51,029 bases of DNA, from assembly GCF_001447785.1 (NCBI RefSeq), contig NW_015164196.1:937558-988586 (forward strand), given 5' to 3'. The position numbers were made by a program, and so were the translations under genes. Source of the stretch: Gekko japonicus. Lineage: Eukaryota. Shown here in pieces: positions 32,546 through 45,200 of this stretch (the first letter of the stretch is position 1; each line of letters starts with the position of its first letter). The notes below the pieces were generated by a model. It did not search any database. It saw only the letters and a list, made by a program, of their open reading frames with translations, and was not told where the DNA came from.

Positions 32546-33493
32546 CAGGCCCGTAGCCAGGATGTTTTTGTTCGGGGGGGGGATTTAAATTTTTAAGGGG
32601 GCAGTTAAAGTTATTTAAATTAATCTGAACACCTGTCCTTTAAAGGGGAGGCTCCGAGCGTGACAGTTCCTAGGAAAAAAACAGAGGGCATTTAATTGCC
32701 TTCTCAATGTTCCCTCTAAGCTGTGGAGTCCTGCGAGCAAAAATTCTCCTTTGTGAGCTATGGGCATTAAAGTTGTGAGCGAGCGATTCGGCTACTGTGT
32801 AAATTAGCTTGCTCTGGAGCCATCCTCCCTGAGCTCAGACAAAAATGTGCGAGCCAGAGGCTAAAACACTGTGAGCTAGCTCACACTAACTCAGCTTAGA
32901 GGGAACACCGGAAGACATCTAAATGCCTTTTATGTTCCCTTCCATGGGGTAAGAAAGCTTAGACGGGCACTCAAGAGTGGCGCCTTCAGCACTTCCCCAA
33001 TCATTCCCCCCCCCACACACACACACTTTCTGCTAGCCCGGTCCTGCTGGATACCACCTAGGTCATGATTTCCCAAAGGCTCATGGGGATGGCTTTTGAA
33101 AGACTCACAATGACCTAGGTTGTATACAGCAGGACGGGGCTAGCAGAAAGGGGGCCTGATGGAGAGGTATTGAAGGTACCGCTCTTGAGTGCCCCTCTAA
33201 GCTTCCTTGTGGAAAAGAACCTAAAAGGCACTTAAATGCCGTCTGAGCTGTCTTTTCCCAGGGCCCGTAATTCTCCCCCCCCCCAAATTCCACAGTGGGA
33301 GGGAGAGGGAAGCGTGAGGCGAGGCCAAGCCACGCCAGAGTGCTCTCACCCTGGCCACCGCCAGCAGCAGGCAGTGTGTGTCTGTGGGGGGTCCTCTCCT
33401 CAAAAATAAGGTTTCTGGCATGGCTATTGGCAGGGTAGGGCTTTTGATTAAGGGGGCAGGGCCCTGAAATGTCCCATTGTAGCTACGGGCCTG
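32546..33493. mobile_element. Non-autonomous hAT element with large internal palindrome, inserted in a 5S-Sauria SINE (~32490-33600)
   Basis: Perfect 12-bp TIRs CAGGCCCGTAGC / GCTACGGGCCTG; 6/8 TSD GCAACCAA/GCGACCAC; SINE halves on either side. Confidence 0.8.
32705..32910 (-). mobile_element. CAGTGTTCCCTCTAAG-family hAT MITE nested in the element above
   Basis: CAATGTTCCCTCTAAG ... CTTAGAGGGAACACCG. Confidence 0.88.
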
Positions 33494-33887
33494 GCGACCA
33501 CCAAGGGAGTCTTGAGTTGCTACACAGAGGCAGGGAACGTTCGTCTCTTACCTTGAAATCCCCACGGGGTTGCTGTAAGTCGGTTGCAACTAGATGACAA
33601 AAAACCAGCCGCGAGAAACAGACGCATAACAGAAATGCAGCTATTGGCTAAGCAGCAGAGAAAAAGCCTAGGAAAGAAAAAAAATTACGGAGAAAGCCCC
33701 GAGCAGACCTTTTCCTGGGTCTTCTAGAGGGCGCACGAGCCACTCTGCGGCAGCTGCCAGGCTCCCGGTCGCTCACAAACTACTCGTCGGGAGACTGCCG
33801 CTCTGCAGACACAAAGGCGAATCCCTCACCGAAGTACTGGCCAAGCACCATGCGGACCACCAGCAATAAAAGGCAGATTTTTGTTTT

Positions 33888-33893
33888 TTTATT
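33888..33893 (-). terminator. DEDD: Probable DEDD polyadenylation signal
   Basis: First minus-strand AATAAA I could find downstream of the DEDD stop; marks the end of a ~3.1-kb tract with no recognisable TE. Confidence 0.55.
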
Positions 33894-36800
33894 TTGAGAA
33901 AACAAAGCTACACTGGGATTATTACCAGTTATACTGGAAGTTCCTTTTTTAAAAAAAAAAATACAGAAGCCATGGATTTTTTTTTTACACAAATTTGTGC
34001 CGGAATTGACGGGAGCAATTACGCGTGTGTGCACACGGGAGGAAGGGAGGCGCTGCTGCACGCTTGGCTGAAACACCCTTGAGGACGCCAAGAGCTGCCA
34101 GGTGCTCGTGCAAAGGCCGGGCTTTGACTCAAAGCAGGAGGCGACCAGCTCTCTGCTCTTGCGAGCCTGCTGGGAGCGAGTTGGGGGCTCAGGGCCGGTT
34201 TATGTGGTCATCAAGGGCAGCATAGGCTTTCCCTGGACTGTACCAAACTGGGCTGCAGTGCAGAGGGGTTGCATTGTTTGAATGCTTGCCACACAAATAC
34301 CTGGCATAGGCAAGGATGCGGGTAACCTGGAACCTCTGTCTTAAGTCCATTTTTCTGGAGACTTGATAAAAAATAAAAAGCTACGCCTGGGAGGTTTACA
34401 GTAAACGTGACCCAGAGGGGGAGAAGAGTAGGACCGGAAAGCACAGGAAGCTACCCCAAAATGCCCCCTTTCTTGTTTGCGTGTAAGGAGCTTTTCATGG
34501 AGAAGCAGACTCTTCCCTCCTCCCAGCGGGGGCTGAAATGGTACAGTCCAGAAAACGGGCCAGCTATTACCCACCGACCATATAAACTGGCCCTCAGTTG
34601 GAATCCCATTTGGCGCCACCCTTAGACGGGCGTTTGCCTGCTCGTTTAGCAGGAAGGAGAAGGAGAAAACAACCATTTCTACCAAATGGAAGGAGGCTTT
34701 TTTGGGGTGCGGGGGGTGCGGAGGGACCCACAGAAGTTCTTTGCCCAGAGACGGAAGACGTCTAGCATGGATGCCAGATGTCCGAGTGGCTCTCTCGGGT
34801 AGCCTCCCAAACCAAAGGTCGCTTCCAGCTGCTTCCAGTTTAGTGTGATCCAAAAGAAACCAACGCAAGACACAGAGGCAACAAACAGGAAAACAAATTC
34901 AGAAACAAAACTGATTTAAAAAAATCCCATATGAAGATAGACCTGGATCCTCATTCTTGCTCCCTCCCCCTAGGCCACAGCTTCGTGTGATTTTTGCCAT
35001 GTGTTGACATCTCCCTTCTCTGCGACCGGAGCCCAGAGCAATTATCTCCTGGAACTGAGCAGGAAAAGGATTCTCACTGTACCGACATGAAGTGCAAAGG
35101 AGACATATATATATATGTATACTTTGGGACAAGGAAGCGGTAACCCCCAACACATCGGTGTTACCAAAATGTAAAAGTGCCCTTGAGCTCTCCCAAATTA
35201 CAAAACCGTTTACACAGATGGCCCAGTAGCTCCCTCGAGCTTTTACAACTCCGACATGTCTGCCCTACCCAGGACACTGTCTGCTGCCTTTATCTCCCCC
35301 CCCCCACCCCCCACTCACGCCCTCTGCTGAGGATATTCATCCTGAGGCTCCTCCCGGGGAAGCTCCAACAGTCTTCTAAAAAAAAAATGCATCATGAAAT
35401 AAAAGGAACATGGGAGGCAGCGGCCATGACGCTTGGCAGCAAGAATGGAATGGCAGCTGGGAAACCAAGATCCATCTCTTCCCCTTGTCCCTCCCGCCCC
35501 AAGCGGGCTTCCTACAAGATTTGCTCCCAAAGCCCTTCACAGAGAGCCAGACCGGGGCCAAATCCAGGTCCGAAAATGGGATGAGGAGTCCCAGCAGCTG
35601 GGGGGTGGCGGCGAAGCCAAAGAGCAAGGAGAAACTGTGGGGATTTCCCGACTGGCATTTCTTGCCCTACTGCCTTTGGTCTGACATGACCATTCACAAA
35701 CAGCACATTCCTCTTCCTTCCCCTGCTCCTGTAATCCCAGCTGCCTCTTGGAGGCAACTGAGAGGGGTCTGTGTGTATGTGTGTGGGGTGGGGGCGTTCA
35801 AGGAGGGGAGAGGAAGAAGATCCTGAGGAGCATTCCTTTCTCTGTCATCTTTGGAGGCAGACGCTCCCTCTAACCAAAAACGGTCGAGGGAAAGGCACAC
35901 ACAGTGGAGTCAAGAGAGGGGCCTGGCAGCTCTCCTCGCTCAGGACGCCTGGCCAAGGACAAGTGCTTGGTGCGGGGTGGTGGTGGTGGTTGGGGGGTTG
36001 GAGGGAGAACACCCGGGGCCCCCGTTTCAATTTAGTGTTGCTAGCTGGGTTTGGAGGAGGCTTCAGGAGCAGGACCCCAAATAGACATCCTTATCTCAAA
36101 TAAGGACAACCTCCCCGCCCAAGGAGAGCTGATTTCAAAGAAGACGGGAGCTGAGGTCAAGAGGTCTCTTGACCATCTTGCACAATGGACCCTCATTCAT
36201 TCCGCGAACAAGCTATTTCCTTCCAGAGAGGGAACTCCCCCACCCCAAATTCAATTGCATAACAGTTCATAAATCAGACTCACCGCCATCTTACAGATAA
36301 TGCTACATCGTGGAGGTGGGTGGACAGATTTGGTTTAAATTAAGAGCATCTTTCTGGTTCTCACAGTCCAAGACACCAAATTCCTTCCCTCCTCTGTGCA
36401 CAACCCCCCCCCCAACCCGCCCTAAACTCACAGCTTTGAAAGAAAACACTGGCATAAGATGCTCCCCTCACAAGAACGGCTACGTCTGGGGTCAATTCAT
36501 TATTTTTTTTTAAAATATAAAGAGACGACCTGAAGTCTCATTTTCTGGGCCAGGCTATACTCACTTCAGACCTTTCTGGGCAATAGCTAAGTGCGCCAAG
36601 GGGTCGTCTAATTTCTGGAGACAGAGGGTACCAACAAAAAAACCCCAAACAAACCAAAAATAAGTAGTAGAAGAAGTAGACAGCACGAGAGAGAACGTGG
36701 TAAGGAAGGACAACGGACCTGGGGAGCTTCCAGCAAGCAGCCAGAAATGCTCTCCTAGGCTGTAGGGAACGGCCCTCTCCAAAGGCCTCGTAAAGAAGGG

Positions 36801-37022
36801 CCCGGGACCAAATGCTCGGAATTTTTCCTGCCTCCCATTTTGGTTCCCAACCAGAGGGAGGGAGGGAATCAACTGTATCCATTTCCACATTGGCAGGTCT
36901 CACAGTTGCTCAGGATTTGACTCCTTAAGAGAATATCCCCGCCCCCCCTTTTTTAAGGAAAAAAAAAATCCCAATTCCATTCCAAAGAAGAGGCAGTTGA
37001 GAAAAAAGGGCAAGGGTGGGGT

Positions 37023-37399
37023 TCAAGGAGCCGTCTGGAGCATCAAGTTCCTCAGGAGTTTCTGGCGGCCCACCTCGTAATCCTCTTCGTCCACATTGAC
37101 CAGAAGCTTGATGGCTTCGTGGCCCACCGCTTGCTTGAGCGAGTCCGTGATAAAGACGCCTTTCAGGGCCTCCAGCAGCGAACCGTTAATGTAGTCGCGC
37201 CAGAAGGCGTCGAGGTAAGTGAGCTCCGAGAACTTTATGTCACAGATGATCGAGCCCAGGTCCCGGGATTTCAAGATCGTGTTGGCCTGGCTAAAGCGCT
37301 CAAACTGCCGCTCGAGAGGGTCCTGCTTGTTGGAGAAGACATTCCCCTCCAGGGCCGTCTCGTGCTGGCAATACTCCGCTCGGACTCGGAGGCGGATGT
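37023..37399 (-). CDS. DEDD: Death effector domain-containing protein, last coding exon (CDS 957 nt, 318 aa)
   Basis: DIRLRVRAEYCQHETALEGNVFSNKQDPLERQFERF...LLVNVDEEDYEVGRQKLLRNLMLQTAP*. Confidence 0.98.
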
Positions 37400-37427
37400 C
37401 TGGAAAGAAGACACCAGACGACAGGAT

Positions 37428-37750
37428 GAGAACATAAGAGAAGCCATGCTGGATCAGGCCAATGGCCCATCCAATCCAACACTGTTTCACATAATGGCCA
37501 AAACCCAGGTGCCATCAGGAGGTCCACCAGCAGGGCCAGAACTCCAGAAGACCTCCCACTGTTGACCCCCAAGCACCAAGAATACAGAACATCACTTGCC
37601 CCAGAGAGAGTGTTTCATCTATACCTTGTGGCTAATAGCCACTCATGGACCTCTGCTCCAGATGTTTAAACAATCCCCTCTTGAAGCTGACTATGCTTGT
37701 AGCCACCACCACTTCCTGCAGCAGTGAATTCCGCATGTTCATTTCTCTTT
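37428..37750 (-). mobile_element. CR1 LINE 3' fragment
   Basis: AGAACATAAGAGAAGCCATGCTGGATCAGGCC...CCCCTCTTGAAGCT; reverse of the family at 49340-49780. Confidence 0.85.
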
Positions 37751-37999
37751 GTATGTACATTAAGAACATAACCATTGTGTGAAATCAGACAAATACTCTG
37801 GCTCGGTAGCGAAGTCAGATTGCTTCTGGAAGCCCAGGAGCAAACCACAAAGCCTGAAGCCCTCCTTCTCTTGTTGTTCATCTGGGGTCCCCTCCCCCAG
37901 AAGTACACTGCTGCTAGCAGAATCTCCCCTGGTACCTTTACCTCCAGTTTTGGCACATAACAGATCATCTACAGCTTCCATCTATCCTGCTTACTCCCT

Positions 38000-38480
38000 T
38001 GTCAGATTTTGAGTGAATACTGAAGAACATGGATTCAGGACGCAAAGGTCTTATTGCAAAGCTATATGATATATTTCTTCAACTGGATGGCAAGAGCCCT
38101 CTGAGTTATCAGTCTCCTTGGCAACAAGACTGCAACATCATCTTGACTTAAGATCAATGGACTATGATATGGACCTCCTCTCTTTTCACTTCTTCAGCAA
38201 TCTCCACTAAACTACAAGCTAACAAAATCTAACAGCTAACAAGGTGGTACTTCACCCCCCAAAAAGCTAGCACTAATAACCTCATCACACTCCCCACTCT
38301 GTTGGAAAAACTGCAGAGAAATAGGCACTTTTGCTCATTTTTGGTGGCAATTTAAATAAAAGCCTTCTGGATGGAAGGTCTTTCACAAATCTCCATCGTA
38401 ACAGGCTACACAATCCCACTATTGCCAGAAATTCCGTTCCTTAACTACTGGCATGGTTTCTCTTTTCCTAAAGTAAGATG
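38000..38480 (+). mobile_element. Degenerate L1-like ORF2 C-terminal fragment
   Basis: RWYFTP and CWKNCREIGTFAHFWW resemble the L1 Cys-rich C-terminus. Confidence 0.6.
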
Positions 38481-39374
38481 TGAACTAATCATTAGCCTAC
38501 TTTCGTTGTTGTCATTCAGCCGCACAGTCGAGTCCGACTCTTTGCGACCCCATGGACCACATCACGTCAGGCCCTCCTGTCTTCTGCCGTCCTCCAGAGT
38601 TTGCTCAATTTCTCCCTCCCAAGAAGGGCTTGGGGTGGCTGCGGGTGTTTGGGCTTGGGGACGGGGCTTCCCCTGCCGGCCAGCTGGCCGGCGGGTTGAA
38701 CCCCCTCCCCAAAAGTGGGTAAACCCCGCAAGACCAGGGGGTCTGGCAACCCTAATGGGAGGAAGGCTCAAAGCAGAAAAGTCTTCGACCGCCGGCAGAA
38801 AGCAATAATAGAAGGTGTGGAGAAATGCCTTTTTTTATTTTGAGGTTCAGACTGAGTAAAACCTTCTCCTTTAGTTTTAAAAAGTTTCCCTCTCTCTTGG
38901 CAGAGAGCAGGCGGGGAAGGGGGAGAGACAATTCATTCGCTTTCCAGCCTCACCCTCCCAGGCTTTAAGACATGCTAAGGGGAGACCTGGCTGGATAACA
39001 ATGTGATGGTCAAGTCACACAAACAAACAGAGCTGCAAAGGTCACATCTATCAGGAAACAAGAGTTTGGGAGGTTGAAATCCCTGAAGAAGTCTTTTCCT
39101 GGAGAGTTCAGGAAAAGCTTCTTTGACCTGCCCTGCCCTGCCCGGGGGTGGGGAAACAGAGATAATAAAATCCTTGGCAAAAGGAGGAGGGTCTCTTTCG
39201 TGTGGTTTCCATCAAGTCCGAAGGAGCTCTTACCTGGGGTCTGCTAAAAGTAGCTGTTGCCATGTGGAGGCCTGCAGGCCTGAGCAGAGGCTCCAAGGTA
39301 ACAGGAACCCTTTAGAGCCTCTTTAAGTATTGGTTAGAACCACTTTAAGTATCAGTTCTGGGCCCAGTATGTTT

Positions 39375-40240
39375 CAGTATTTTTATAAATGAACTGGATG
39401 AGGGGATGCAGGGTCCTTAAATTTGCAGAAGACACCAAATTGGGAGGAGTAGTGAACATGCCAGAAGAGACAGAATTCAACAAGATCTGAACACACTGGG
39501 AAAGTGGGTGGATGTGAACAAGATGCAATTCAATAAGGATAAGTGCTGAGTTCTGCATCTGGGTAACAAAAATGAGAGGCACACATACTCGATGGGGGAT
39601 ACACTTCTGAGTAGCAGTGTGTGTGAATGAGATCTTGAGCTATGGGTAAGCTTAATATGAGCAGTCAGTGTGATGCAGCAGCAAAAAAGGCTAAAGTGGT
39701 CTTGGAGTGTATCAACAGAGGCATAACATCCAAATCGCAAGATATCATAGTCCCACTGTAGACTACATTGGTCAGGCTGCACCTTCAAAGGTTGTGGACA
39801 GAATGGAGTGGGTGCAGAGGAGGGCGACCAAGATGATCAGGGGCCTGGAGACCAAGCCCTACAAGGAAAGGCTGAGGGTATTGGGAATGTTCAGAATGGA
39901 GAAGAGGAGGTTGAGGGGGGACATGATTCCTCTCTTTTAAGTATTTGAAGGGCTGTCCCTTAGAGGAGGGCAGGGAGCTGTTCCTGTAGGCAGCAAAGGA
40001 TAGGATTCACAATAATGGGTTTAAATTATGGGCAGAAGGGTACCGGCTAGATATTAGGGGGAAAAAATGTTTACAGTAAAAGTAGTTCAGCAGTGGAATC
40101 AGTTACCTAGGGAGATGGTGAGCTCTCCCCACCCCCACAGGCAGGTGGATGAACATTTATCAGGGATGCTCTAGGCTGATCCTGCATTGAGCAGGGTGTT
40201 GGACTAGACGGCCTCTATAGCCCTGTCCAACTCTATGATT
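39375..40240 (+). mobile_element. CR1 LINE RT and 3' end, degenerate
   Basis: [41 protein letters not shown]; tail CCAACTCTATGATTCCATG. Confidence 0.9.
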
Positions 40241-40585
40241 CCATGCACTTTCAAGATTAAGGAGCCTGCCTTAAGTTAACATCAGCTAGGGCATGTACAG
40301 AAGAAGGGACAGAGGAACTGCGTTTTACTCTTTTCTTTTGGATCCCTTGCTCTATCTGTTGCTGTGCTGGGAGTATGAGTGTGGGCATTTTCTTTTTAAT
40401 AAATGTTTTGTAACCTTTAATGCTGGTAGCTGTTCTCTGTACTACACAGACCTTCACTGGCAGATGGCAGGAGCACCAGAGCAGGACTGCTGAAGATAAC
40501 CACAGTGGCTGGGTAGGTTTGCACGGGAGTAGGTGATCCTTGAACCAGCAGCATTTGGAGGAGAAAAGTCCTGTTACCAACTTAC

Positions 40586-40732
40586 CGCACGTCTGTTTGT
40601 CTTTAGGGTCTGGCGTCACCGACTTCCTCCTTTTCCGCTGGCTACCAAGGAGGGCTCTTCCCCGACCAGACCTCTTGGTACAAATCTGGGGACCTGAAGA
40701 GGAGCAGCAGACCAGCGGGTGGTGGGGAGGCA
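40586..40732 (-). CDS. DEDD: DEDD coding exon 3 (basic NLS-like region)
   Basis: VPPHHPLVCCSSSGPQICTKRSGRGRALLGSQRKRRKSVTPDPKDKQTC; 147 nt. Confidence 0.96.
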
Positions 40733-41109
40733 CTGGAAGGCACAAGAAAGGAGGCTGATCAGCTACTATGCCAAAGTGTTGTCACAGTCCTTGAGCTCAC
40801 CCTTCACTCTAAGTTCAGAGTGCCTTTCCTGGGATTAGTCCCATTTCAACCTCATCCTCTTACCTCCAGGCCAGTCCCTCTCCTAGCATGTGGGCCATAG
40901 TTGTGCAGAGAATACTGTGCACAAAGAAGATCGCAGGCTCGTGGCATCTCCACTTAAAAGAGCATCACAGGCAGCAGGAGGTGTTAGAGAAGACCTCTCT
41001 CTGCTTAAGAGAGTAGAGAGTATTGAACCAGGAGAAACAACCGTCTGGCTAAGTGTAAAGCAGGCTCATAGGTGATTAAAGAGGGACTATCTCTCAGTGG
41101 CACAGCACA

Positions 41110-41620
41110 TGCTTTTATGCAGGTCTCAGAATCAAATATGGAAGAAAAAGGACATCAGCCTAGCAACCAAATACAGATTAGTCCGTGCTATTGTGTTTCC
41201 CATAGCAACCTATGTCTGCGAAAGTTGGACCATGAAGAATCAAGACAGGAGGAAAATTTACTCATTTGAGCTGTACTGATGGAGAAACCTCCTGAGCATT
41301 CCTTGGATAGCAAAGGTGACAAACAAGTATTGGAGTGCCTAAAACCAGACATGCCATTGGAAGGAAAAATCATAAAACTGCGACTGACTTATTTCAGCCA
41401 TGTTATACAGAAGAACTCACTAGAAAAGGCAATTATGCTTGGATTGGTCAGTGGCAAAAGGAAACCAGGCTGCCAAAGAACATGGTGGCTGGACATCATA
41501 AAAGTCGACACCAGCCTGAGCATGGAACAACTAAAAGAAACCATACAAGATCAGAAAATGTGGAGAGACTTGGCCCATAGAATCGCCCAAGAGTTGAACA
41601 TAACTGAATGGCTAACAACA
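41110..41620 (+). mobile_element. RTE/BovB-like LINE 3' fragment
   Basis: IWKKKDISLATKYRLVRAIVFPIATYVCESWT; KLRLTYFSHV...SLEKAIMLGLVSGKRKPG. Confidence 0.88.
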
Positions 41621-42259
41621 ATACAAGGCAGCTTCATATTTTCTTGTCCACGGTAAACGTTTGCTTATAGAAAGCCAAAGATCCGGAAAGTCACTGGGTT
41701 GCATGTACAAAAGTAGTTTTTGTTAATTCCCCCTCCCCACCACAGTTCTCCAACTCTCCTGTTATGCTCCTCCTGGGGGTCTCCTGTCCCTCAGAAGCCA
41801 CATTTTGGGAGCATTTAGGGCTGCAGTGGTATGGGGGAGGCAAGGAAGGCACGTTTCCGAGCATGGAATTTAGACGGGATCCAAGCCACAAGGATCTCAA
41901 AGTTTTCTGTATTCCTAAAAAGCCACAAAAGCATTTATTAGATCACTATTTCCAGTTTTCTCAGCTGAATGGACCTCCTTTAACTCAAACTGCAACAGAG
42001 AACCCACTTAATTTTTAAACACAAATGTATCAGTTTTTTCTCCACTTCTCTTAAGCGTGACCAGACGACAAAGAAAGGAGTTCAGTACTGTTAATAGCTG
42101 CATTGAAGAAATGGAATTTTAGCAAGTACGGTTTATCTTGTAGGGGCAGAAAGAGTGGCTCTTATTGACGTATGAAATTGTCTTATACTGAATCCAACTC
42201 TCCAACCACTATGAACCATGAGGAAAGGCGAGATATCAATGTTTTAATCCAGTGAAAAT

Positions 42260-45200
42260 GGGAGCTGGTAGGTATGGAGGAGGGATTTATCACAGATAGC
42301 CAGTCTCTGGCAAGGATGCTCTCTGCTTCTCTAACCTCCGTTGTATCCCAAGTGTTGATGATACAATGGCCCCCATTTCCCCCACATCTATACTAACGTT
42401 GTGCAATCCCAGATCAGTGAAGCACAAAACTGCACACCTCTATGAGATGTTCCAGGAAGAAGAAATTGACCTGGCTTGCGTCACAGAAACATGGCTGGAA
42501 TACAATGACGTATCATGTCTGTCCCAGCTAACAACGCCTGATTATGCAGTTCTCCTGCCCTGCACAACTGGCTGGGGAGGAGGCATGGCTATTATCCTCC
42601 ATGTGCCCTTCAACTTCTGCAGACTTCCAGTGCAAACGACCATTGGCATTGACTGTATGCTCCTTACAGTAGAAATAAGGCCACAGGTCTCTTCCTGGCA
42701 CCAAGCGTTTTTAGAAAGGGGGTGTGGTCAGGCAGGGCTTTTGCCCAGCATGGCTTCTGATGGGCCACTGGACATCTGATTGGCTGTGCAGATTTTTAAA
42801 AACGGTTCATGAAAAAAACATCTGTCTCCACAGCTCCAGGATCTTCACTGTATGAATGGAAGTAAGCTGTGGCTGCTGCTGGCTGGCTCCACTTCCTGTG
42901 GCAGGCATTCTGTGGCAGGCATTTTGTGGCTTTGCCCACCATGCTGTGTCAGAATCCCAAAGGTGCCATCAAGCACAAAAATGTTGGGGACCCCGGCACT
43001 AGGCCTTCTGGTCTACTGGGCACCTAGTTTCCCAATGGGCACCCTGTGTAAGTGGGCAGAGGTACTGTTGGATGTGGTGCTGGAGACTCCTACATTTAGT
43101 TCTGGAGGATGTCAATATTCATCTTGTCAGGCCTGGCCCAAGACTCTATAGCTTCTTTGACTGCGCTGGGTCTCGCTCAGATCATGACTAGTCCAAGACA
43201 TGAAAGAGGCCGTGCCTTGGACTTAATCTTTTGCACTGAGATTTTGAGGGAAACTTCCATTCTCCTGACCTTGCACAAGCTATGCAAAAATGGAACTGTT
43301 CAAGAGAGCTTTTCTGTGCAGGTAATATGGTTGCACTGCACGAAATGGTTCACAAACTTACTGGATAAATGACTGGTACTTGTGGTCTAGACTGCTGTGT
43401 ATAGCTTACTGTAAGTAGAATCCTATTATGTAATTTCTGTCCCACTTAATATGTCCTGTTAGTACTTTTGGTATGCTTCAGTTCTTTCTGGTGTTTCCGG
43501 ACCTCTAAAATCCCAATGCCTTGGTTACTGAAAGTCTCATACTGTTGACTGTACTGATTCACTCTGTGCAATCCGCCTTGAGTTCCTGTGAGAAACGTGG
43601 ACTATAAATAACATAAATAATAAATAAATAAATAAATTTTTGCCCCTCCCCAGAAATGCAGCAAAAGTGTTTACACTCACTGCTTCCTCCTCAAGGGTAG
43701 TGGGCTCACTAAGGCGGTCTGCCCCAGGTGCATGATGGATCCCAAAGGTTTCCTTGGAGCTATACGCATTTTAGAAATAGTGTAAATTTCTGGACACAGA
43801 TCCCCCAGTATCACCTGATTTGGCCCTTGGTGAGTAGCACAAGGGTAAGCAGTTCATTTGTTGTGAACACCAATCTCCCAGAGGACTGAATTTCATTTTA
43901 TGACTGTGACTTCACATGGCTTTTGAACATATTCTGCATTATTCTAATGCTGAAATTGTTACCTTAAAGCGAATAAAGAACTTCAGTCAAAATTTGCAGG
44001 GGGAGGTTTCCTGCCAGCGCCTGGGGATTTTCCTACCTCGGCTGCTGACGATTCTACCTGATCACTCTCTGGAATAGGGAAACGGCCCAGGCTGTTGACA
44101 CAGTCACCCCTAAGTACCACCCCCACCCCAAGACAGAGTCAAGCAGTCTCCCTGGCTTACTGGGGAACTGACGGGAGGGATGACGGCTAGAGTGCTGCTG
44201 GTGGGAAAGTCAGGGCGACACAACCCATATTAGAGCCTATTCCATGGCGGTGACAATGGTGAAAATGCAGTATTTCTCCACCACCACAGAGTCTGTACGT
44301 ACTCATCCAGCTGAGCTGTACTGTGCAGTCTGGTGGCTTTTACGACACAGCCCCAGAGAACGGGATTCTGACCACATGACGGCCTGTTGTGATCAATTTG
44401 CTACTTACTTTCCAGACAAAACCACCCAGATCTGCTATGGGTTAGATGACAGCATGAATGCGGGTTCAGATGATGCAGCTTTGGCACCTGTTTGTCTGTT
44501 TTATATGGATACCTTCCAGCTTGTGGAGCCAGAGGATGCGGACAAGATCCTTGGAGAGGTGATACCTATCACCTGTGCTCTCAAACCTTTGCCCTTCCTG
44601 GCTAATAAAAGCTGCCAGCGGGGGTCTGACTCTCTAAGGGGAGTGGCAAATGCATCCCCGAGGGCAGGGGTTGTTCCACCCATGCTTAAGGAGGCAGTGA
44701 TTACACCTGTTTTTTAAAAAACCCTCCCTAAGCCCTACTACGTTGGAGAACTTCCAGGCAGTCTGATTTTCTGGACCCATTTCAATCTGGCTTCAGGCCT
44801 GGATTTGGACAAGAGACTGCTTTCATCGTCTCGGTTGATGAACTCTACCGAGAACTAGACAGGGAGAAGGTAACCCTGTTAAATTCTGCTGGATCTCTCA
44901 GTGGCCTTCGATACTATCAACCACAGTATCCTACTGAGCCTCCTCTTGGCACTGTAAGGCATCATGTTACGAATCTAGTTCAAGTCCTACCTGGAGGGTC
45001 AGTGTCAGGGTGGAGCTGCAGGATTCCTGTTCTGCCCCATGGCCATTCACTCATGAGTCAGTCAAATCTGCGGGGTTCCAAAGGGTTCAGTCTTATCCCC
45101 CATACTATTTAATATCTATGTGAAGCTGCTGGGAGAGGCTATCAGGAGGTTTGGGCTGTAAAGTCATAGATATGCAGATGATACTCAGCTCTACCTCCCC

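Noticed and set aside
34341-36903. Many overlapping 60-175 aa ORFs
   Set aside because: Lie in the GC-rich predicted DEDD 3' UTR; no homology or exon pattern recognised.
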